Positions 59,673 through 64,000 of a stretch of 64,000 nucleotides of DNA are shown here, one piece after another. Location: positions 22,736 through 86,735 of the forward strand of contig JAPLOV010000129.1 of the NCBI GenBank assembly GCA_026400565.1, written 5' to 3'. The translations under genes were made by a program, and so were the position numbers. The stretch is from Hyphomicrobiales bacterium. GTDB lineage: Bacteria; Pseudomonadota; Alphaproteobacteria; Rhizobiales; Beijerinckiaceae. The notes under the pieces were generated by a model. It was not told the DNA's origin. It did not search any database and worked only from the letters and a program-made list of their open reading frames with translations. Numbering within the stretch: the stretch's first letter is position 1; every line of letters begins with the position of its first letter.

Positions 59673-60395
59673 TCAGACGGCGGTGATGGTGTCGTCGCTG
59701 GCCCCTTCAGCGCGCTCGCGGCGGCGCATGCGCGGAGCGCGCTCGCAGATCGCCTCGGCCAAAGAGCGGAACGGAGCGGCGAGGCGGCGCACATCCTCTG
59801 CCATGCCAAGCACGCGGCCGCCGCGCTTCAGTTCGCGGTCGAGCGTGGCCATGGTCTGGGCCATGCTCTCGTCCGTGTCATCCAGCCAGGTGTCGGCGGT
59901 GCGGGCAAAGACCAGCACAGCGCCCTGGATCTTCAGCATGCCGAGGGCATCCTCGACCGGAATGCCGACCGAGCCGAGCAGGTAGCGCCATGAATTCAGG
60001 GCCGACTGGTTGAGGGCCGCCGCACTGAGCGGATCACGGCGCATCGCGCGGCGGATCTCGATCAGCGCCGGCTTGTAGGGCGCCATGGCGTCGATGCGAC
60101 GCATCACCAGATCAAACACCCGCTCATGGGCCGGCTCGCCCACCAGATCGGGATTGGCGTTGTCGAGCACGGCCTTGTCCAGCATGCGGCCAAAGCCTGC
60201 CAGCATCGCGCCCTTGGAGGGGAACAGGTCGCGCAGCACGGAGAGCGGCATGTCGGCCTTCAGCGCGACGTCCGCAAGCTCCACCTCGGCCCAGCCGCGC
60301 TCGGCCACCAGCGCCATCAGCGCCTCGATGACGCGGGTTCGCGGATCGGCCTTGGGGGCAGCGGCTTCGTTCGCGCTCGCGGGTTTCTTCGCCAT
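59673..60395 (-). CDS. TetR/AcrR family regulator
   Basis: N-terminal HTH (ERGWAEVELADVALKADMPL..LRDLFPSK). Start set at ATG 60395. Confidence 0.82.
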   Translation of the reverse strand: MAKKPASANEAAAPKADPRTRVIEALMALVAERGWAEVELADVALKADMPLSVLRDLFPSKGAMLAGFGRMLDKAVLDNANPDLVGEPAHERVFDLVMRRIDAMAPYKPALIEIRRAMRRDPLSAAALNQSALNSWRYLLGSVGIPVEDALGMLKIQGAVLVFARTADTWLDDTDESMAQTMATLDRELKRGGRVLGMAEDVRRLAAPFRSLAEAICERAPRMRRRERAEGASDDTITAV

Positions 60396-60486
60396 GACGG
60401 GCTCCTGTGTCGTGTCGCCTGAACATAAGCTGAGTGCGGCCCTGCGGAAAGGGGCGGCATGTCGCGCCCGGGCCGGAGAAGGCGCG

Positions 60487-61188
60487 CTACCAGGCGATGG
60501 GCGCGCCGTCATGGTTGCGGAACTGGCCGCTGATGCTCATGTCGAGTTGCCCGGCCAGTGCTGCGATGCCGGCCACGCTGTCAGCGACGCTGATGTCGGC
60601 TTCCCCGCCGCCCATGTCGGTCCTGACCCAGCCCGGATGCACCAGCAGCACCGGGATGCCGCGCGGGCGCAGCGCATCGGCCAGCCCGAGCATGACCTTG
60701 TTCACCGCTGCCTTGGAAGCGCGATAGGCGACCGCGCCGGCATGGCTCCCGGCGAGCGAGCCCATACGGCTGGTGATGGTGATGATCTTGCCTCTCGCGG
60801 CCTCGACCTGGGGCAGGAAGGCCTGGCTGATGCGCAAGGGACCAAGCGTGTTGACCCCCAGAACCTCGGCAAAGGCGTCGAAGTCCATGTCGAGCGCGTC
60901 CTGCCCCGGTGACTGGCCGGCGCGCGGGCCATAGATGCCGGCATTGTTGACCAGCACGTCGATCGGCCTTGTCATGGCGGCCGCTGCGGCCGCGACGCTG
61001 GCCTTGTCGCTGACATCAAGACCGATGATTGTCAGCCTGTCACCATGCAGATCCTTCTGTGCCGCCAGCGACCCGCCGCGACCGGGCTCGCGCACGCCGG
61101 CAATGACATGGTCGCCGCGCTTGAGAACCAGGCTGGCCAGGCCCAGCCCGATGCCGCGGCTGGCACCCGTGATCAACCATGTCGACAT
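60487..61188 (-). CDS. SDR family oxidoreductase (C-factor-like)
   Basis: TGASRGIG, VNNAG, AYRASK, HPGWVRTDMGG. Confidence 0.92.
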   Translation of the reverse strand: MSTWLITGASRGIGLGLASLVLKRGDHVIAGVREPGRGGSLAAQKDLHGDRLTIIGLDVSDKASVAAAAAAMTRPIDVLVNNAGIYGPRAGQSPGQDALDMDFDAFAEVLGVNTLGPLRISQAFLPQVEAARGKIITITSRMGSLAGSHAGAVAYRASKAAVNKVMLGLADALRPRGIPVLLVHPGWVRTDMGGGEADISVADSVAGIAALAGQLDMSISGQFRNHDGAPIAW

Positions 61189-61210
61189 GCACGCAACTCC
61201 AGGGTCAATG

Positions 61211-61238
61211 CAAAATGCGGGGGTTTGAACCCCCGCAT
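61211..61238 (-). terminator. Intrinsic terminator after the phytase-like esterase gene
   Basis: atgcgggggt-ttga-acccccgcat (10-bp stem) with a T tract on the minus strand. Confidence 0.7.
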
Positions 61239-61304
61239 GGCAACTTTTTTGACGGTTGGCGCGCGGTCAAGGCGATGGCCAAAACGCAGTTAATGGGCTT
61301 CCGC

Positions 61305-62657
61305 TCATTTCGCTTTCAGCAATGCCTCGACATCAAGCAGCACCATTTCGTTGTCGTCGGCCTGATTGGGCTCGCGCGACGAGGAGAAGGGCAGGTTGTT
61401 GTCGTTGCCGACCACAATGTGCTTGTCATCAACGACATCGACATTCTCGATGGTGAAGAACGGGAAGGTGAGCACGCCGTCGTTCAGTGGTTTGCGTGCC
61501 TTCTTGTCGGGGTCCTGGATTTTCATCAGGTCGATGTGGCCGATCTTGCGCACCGGGCCATTGGCCATGGCAGGGGTCATCTCGATCTTGACGATGCGCT
61601 TGAACTTCGCCGGATCATGGAAGCAGTTTTCAGCACGCTGGCCGGCGGGGCAAACCTTCGCGCCGACGCCTTCGCCATTGTCGCGTTCGATCACCAGCGC
61701 AGTGGTCGCGTCAAGCATGTTGATGTCGCCGATCGCGGTCGCGCCGGGTTCGAGCACATACTTGAAGTGACGGCCCGTCCACTTTTCCTCCGCGACGGAG
61801 AATTCGAGGATGCGCAGCACGGTGCGGCCATCGGCGGTCTTTTCCCAATCCTTCTTGTCGGCATCCCAGACCGGTCCTTCGAGCAGGCCATAGATGAACT
61901 TGCCATCCGGCGAGGAGGCAAGGCCTTCATAGCCGCGCGAGCGACCAAGGTTGACCGACGGGTCCGTCGGTGCGCCGGGGTTGGAGGCGACCACGCGGAA
62001 GTGGTCCGGCGAGCGCAGCGGCTTGCCGTCGACCTGGGTTTCGAAAACGGCCTCGATCTTGCCTGATCGGTCTGCGCGGATCAGATAGGGACCGAATTCC
62101 TCGCCGATCCAGAACTTGTTGTCGATGATCTGGACGCCTTCGGGATCGAAATCGCCACCGGTCAGGTAGCGCTTCTCGGTGTTCTCGTTGTTGATCCGGA
62201 ACGGAACCTTCCTGTCCGGATCATGCAGCCAGACCGTCTCCAGCGCATCCATCGCGCCGCGTCCCCAATCGATGTTGTAGCGGCGCAGGAACAGCATCGC
62301 GTCGGGCGAATTGGCCTTGGAGCCGAAGCCGTTGTCGGTCAGCACCCAGAAGGTGCCGTCGCGCATGCGCTTGATGCCGGAATGACCCTGAACAGGCTGG
62401 CCGAAGAACGGCACGCGCACGCCTGTGGGGCGGCCCGACGAGCGGCCCATCACCGTGCCCATGCCTTCGGCGCGGGCCAGATTGGTGAACTGGCCGGAAA
62501 TCCTGAGCTGAGCCGGCGCGTCTGCCGGTGGCTGGATAAAGGTTTCGGCAGGGAGCAGGGCATGGCCGACAAGCTTCGCAGGAAACTCGGTGTCGGCGCT
62601 GGCCGATGCCATGGAGAGTGCCAGGATAGCGGCGCTGAGGGTGAACAGTTGACGCAT
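61305..62657 (-). CDS. Exported esterase-like activity of phytase family protein
   Basis: Signal peptide, QGHSGI, LTDNGFG, FDPEG, WIGEEFGPYL, SRGYEG, NDNNLPF. Confidence 0.88.
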   Translation of the reverse strand: MRQLFTLSAAILALSMASASADTEFPAKLVGHALLPAETFIQPPADAPAQLRISGQFTNLARAEGMGTVMGRSSGRPTGVRVPFFGQPVQGHSGIKRMRDGTFWVLTDNGFGSKANSPDAMLFLRRYNIDWGRGAMDALETVWLHDPDRKVPFRINNENTEKRYLTGGDFDPEGVQIIDNKFWIGEEFGPYLIRADRSGKIEAVFETQVDGKPLRSPDHFRVVASNPGAPTDPSVNLGRSRGYEGLASSPDGKFIYGLLEGPVWDADKKDWEKTADGRTVLRILEFSVAEEKWTGRHFKYVLEPGATAIGDINMLDATTALVIERDNGEGVGAKVCPAGQRAENCFHDPAKFKRIVKIEMTPAMANGPVRKIGHIDLMKIQDPDKKARKPLNDGVLTFPFFTIENVDVVDDKHIVVGNDNNLPFSSSREPNQADDNEMVLLDVEALLKAK

Positions 62658-62708
62658 GAAGGGGGCCTCCCGTGATGAAACAAGCGGGCTGATCTGTGGC
62701 GGCCCCGG

Positions 62709-62737
62709 ATTTCAGCACGATGACGGCTCTGCGACGG
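62709..62737 (-). promoter_or_regulatory. Pho-box-like triple direct repeat
   Basis: Minus strand CCGTCGC-agag-CCGTCAT-cgtg-CTGAAAT (11-bp period), 52 nt upstream of the esterase ATG. Confidence 0.55.
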
Positions 62738-62765
62738 TTGGGTGAAGGGTGTGGATGGGCTGCGT

Positions 62766-63011
62766 TCAGGCAAACTCGACCGGGAACGGGGTTGGCTCCC
62801 AGAACGTCTCGAGTTTGTTCTTCCTGATCCAGCGCTCCTCCCCTTGCCGAAGCAGCGCGCCGATGGCCTTGCGGTGGTTGGCATCGACGAGCAGTTTGAG
62901 ATCGTCAATCATTGGCGCGATGACGATATCCATGTCCGAACCCCGCCAGTGTTTTTCGTGGTTGGCTGTGAGTGCGAGATCCTCGTCGGCAGTATTGATG
63001 TTTCCATTCAC
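62766..63011 (-). CDS. Small hypothetical protein (81 aa)
   Basis: Mostly G/C-ending codons despite the adjacent AT-rich DNA; no family recognised. Confidence 0.55.
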   Translation of the reverse strand: MNGNINTADEDLALTANHEKHWRGSDMDIVIAPMIDDLKLLVDANHRKAIGALLRQGEERWIRKNKLETFWEPTPFPVEFA

Positions 63012-63551
63012 GGTATCGAATTAAAATATAATATTGCAGAATTGAATCCAAATAAATATTCTAAAAATAAGACTTTCTGTAAAATATAAAAAATATCTCG
63101 AAATATTGCAAGTGGCGCAATCGTGATAATATTTATTGTTCTTGATTTACATTATTATTGATTTCATCTGTAAAATCGGGATTATTTTTTCCCCCAAATG
63201 CCATGCGATATTCGGTTGAGTTGGATCGTGTCGCTAAAATGATGGACAGCTCGCATGTCAAGGTTATCGGCAGATGCCCCATCGCAGGCGAAATCCGGTC
63301 AAGCCTGAGGTGTTGTCGATCACAACAAGGCGCATGAAATGGTGGATTGGCGTCACAGTTATCGCACGTTTCCAAACATCTATATCGTGATGGCGGGCTG
63401 CTAGCGGCCGCAACAGCCTCTGGATATCGGCTTTGGTGCTCATCGTTCGGCTCTGACCTCGATGACGACGATGCGTGTTGCATCAGGGTTGATTGCCTTT
63501 GCGGTTGATGCGAGTTCGATCATGGGGGCTGGCGAGAGGCCCCTCTTCCTG

Positions 63552-63576
63552 CCCCTCTCCCCTTGCGGGAGAGGGG
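63552..63576. repeat. RIME-like palindrome
   Basis: cccctctccc-cttgc-gggagagggg. Confidence 0.7.
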
Positions 63577-63595
63577 TGGCCCGGATGTCGCGGCG

Positions 63596-63847
63596 TCAGG
63601 CGCGGCGGACCAGCCTGAGCAGGAAGAGCAGGATGACTGCGCCAATCGTTGCGCCGATGATCGCGCCGAGCATCCCGCTCGTGCCAACGGCATAGGTTCC
63701 GAAGAGCCAGCCGCCGATCAGCGATCCGACAATGCCGACGATGATGTTTCCGACCAGGCCGAAGCCATAGCCTTTCATGATCACGCCGGCGAGCCAGCCG
63801 GCAATGGCACCGATCAGGAGCCAGATGATGAGTGATTGTGGTTCCAT
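63596..63847 (-). CDS. GlsB/YeaQ/YmgE family stress-response membrane protein
   Basis: IIWLLIGAIAGWLAG..G.GLVGNIIVGIVGS..GAVILLFL. Confidence 0.92.
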   Translation of the reverse strand: MEPQSLIIWLLIGAIAGWLAGVIMKGYGFGLVGNIIVGIVGSLIGGWLFGTYAVGTSGMLGAIIGATIGAVILLFLLRLVRRA

Positions 63848-64000
63848 GTTGTGTGCGCCTCTGCTGTACTGGTCCCGACACCTCGCCCCTCGAGGCGTTC
63901 AGGCCAGCTTGCAAGGACAACGCGGCAGACCGGCTTTGGTTCCATCGTCAGGTCGCGTGCCAACCTCTCGGTATTGCTGGAACGCGTCTTCCCTCCCCTT

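Noticed and set aside
63020-63200. AT-rich tract as a replication origin
   Set aside because: No TTATCCACA-type DnaA boxes were seen and the usual hemE/dnaA/parAB context is missing.
63133-63483. 116-aa minus-strand ORF in the low-GC region
   Set aside because: No codon bias, RBS or family motif; it runs into the AT tract.

Overview
A GC-rich (about 65-70%) chromosomal segment from an alphaproteobacterium, most likely Hyphomicrobiales/Rhizobiales, judged from gene content and REP/RIME-type palindromes. About 60 protein genes are supported. I found no rRNA, tRNA, CRISPR array, prophage or transposase. Most genes are core: cysQ, eipA-like, cca, hemF, trmL, prfC, cspA, petABC, apt, ilvE, moaDE, pgsA, uvrC, prs, rplY, pth, ychF and csaA. 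A MoxR/DUF58/BatA envelope operon is also present. The best candidate for an undescribed system is the 4.0-14.6 kb block. It contains a GT-C/YfhO-like membrane protein, GTP cyclohydrolase II, cytochrome b561, a SAM methyltransferase, a GT4 glycosyltransferase, a degenerate pterin-synthase (COG0720) enzyme and a zinc-less MDR dehydrogenase. Divergent from these lie an orphan OpgH-type glucan synthase and an FkbM methyltransferase. This looks like a pathway that makes a GTP-derived moiety and couples it to an envelope glycan (inference). Other observations: two small genes missing from the ORF track (one behind a CtrA-like box), two apparent frameshifts (BatA-DUF4159, extensin), in-frame deletions in pth and in a ybjQ relic, several 11-16 nt tandem arrays at gene ends, candidate Pho/MarR/RegR/GANTC sites, and an AT-rich islet near 63.1 kb. 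All family assignments come from motif recognition by eye; no database searches were run.
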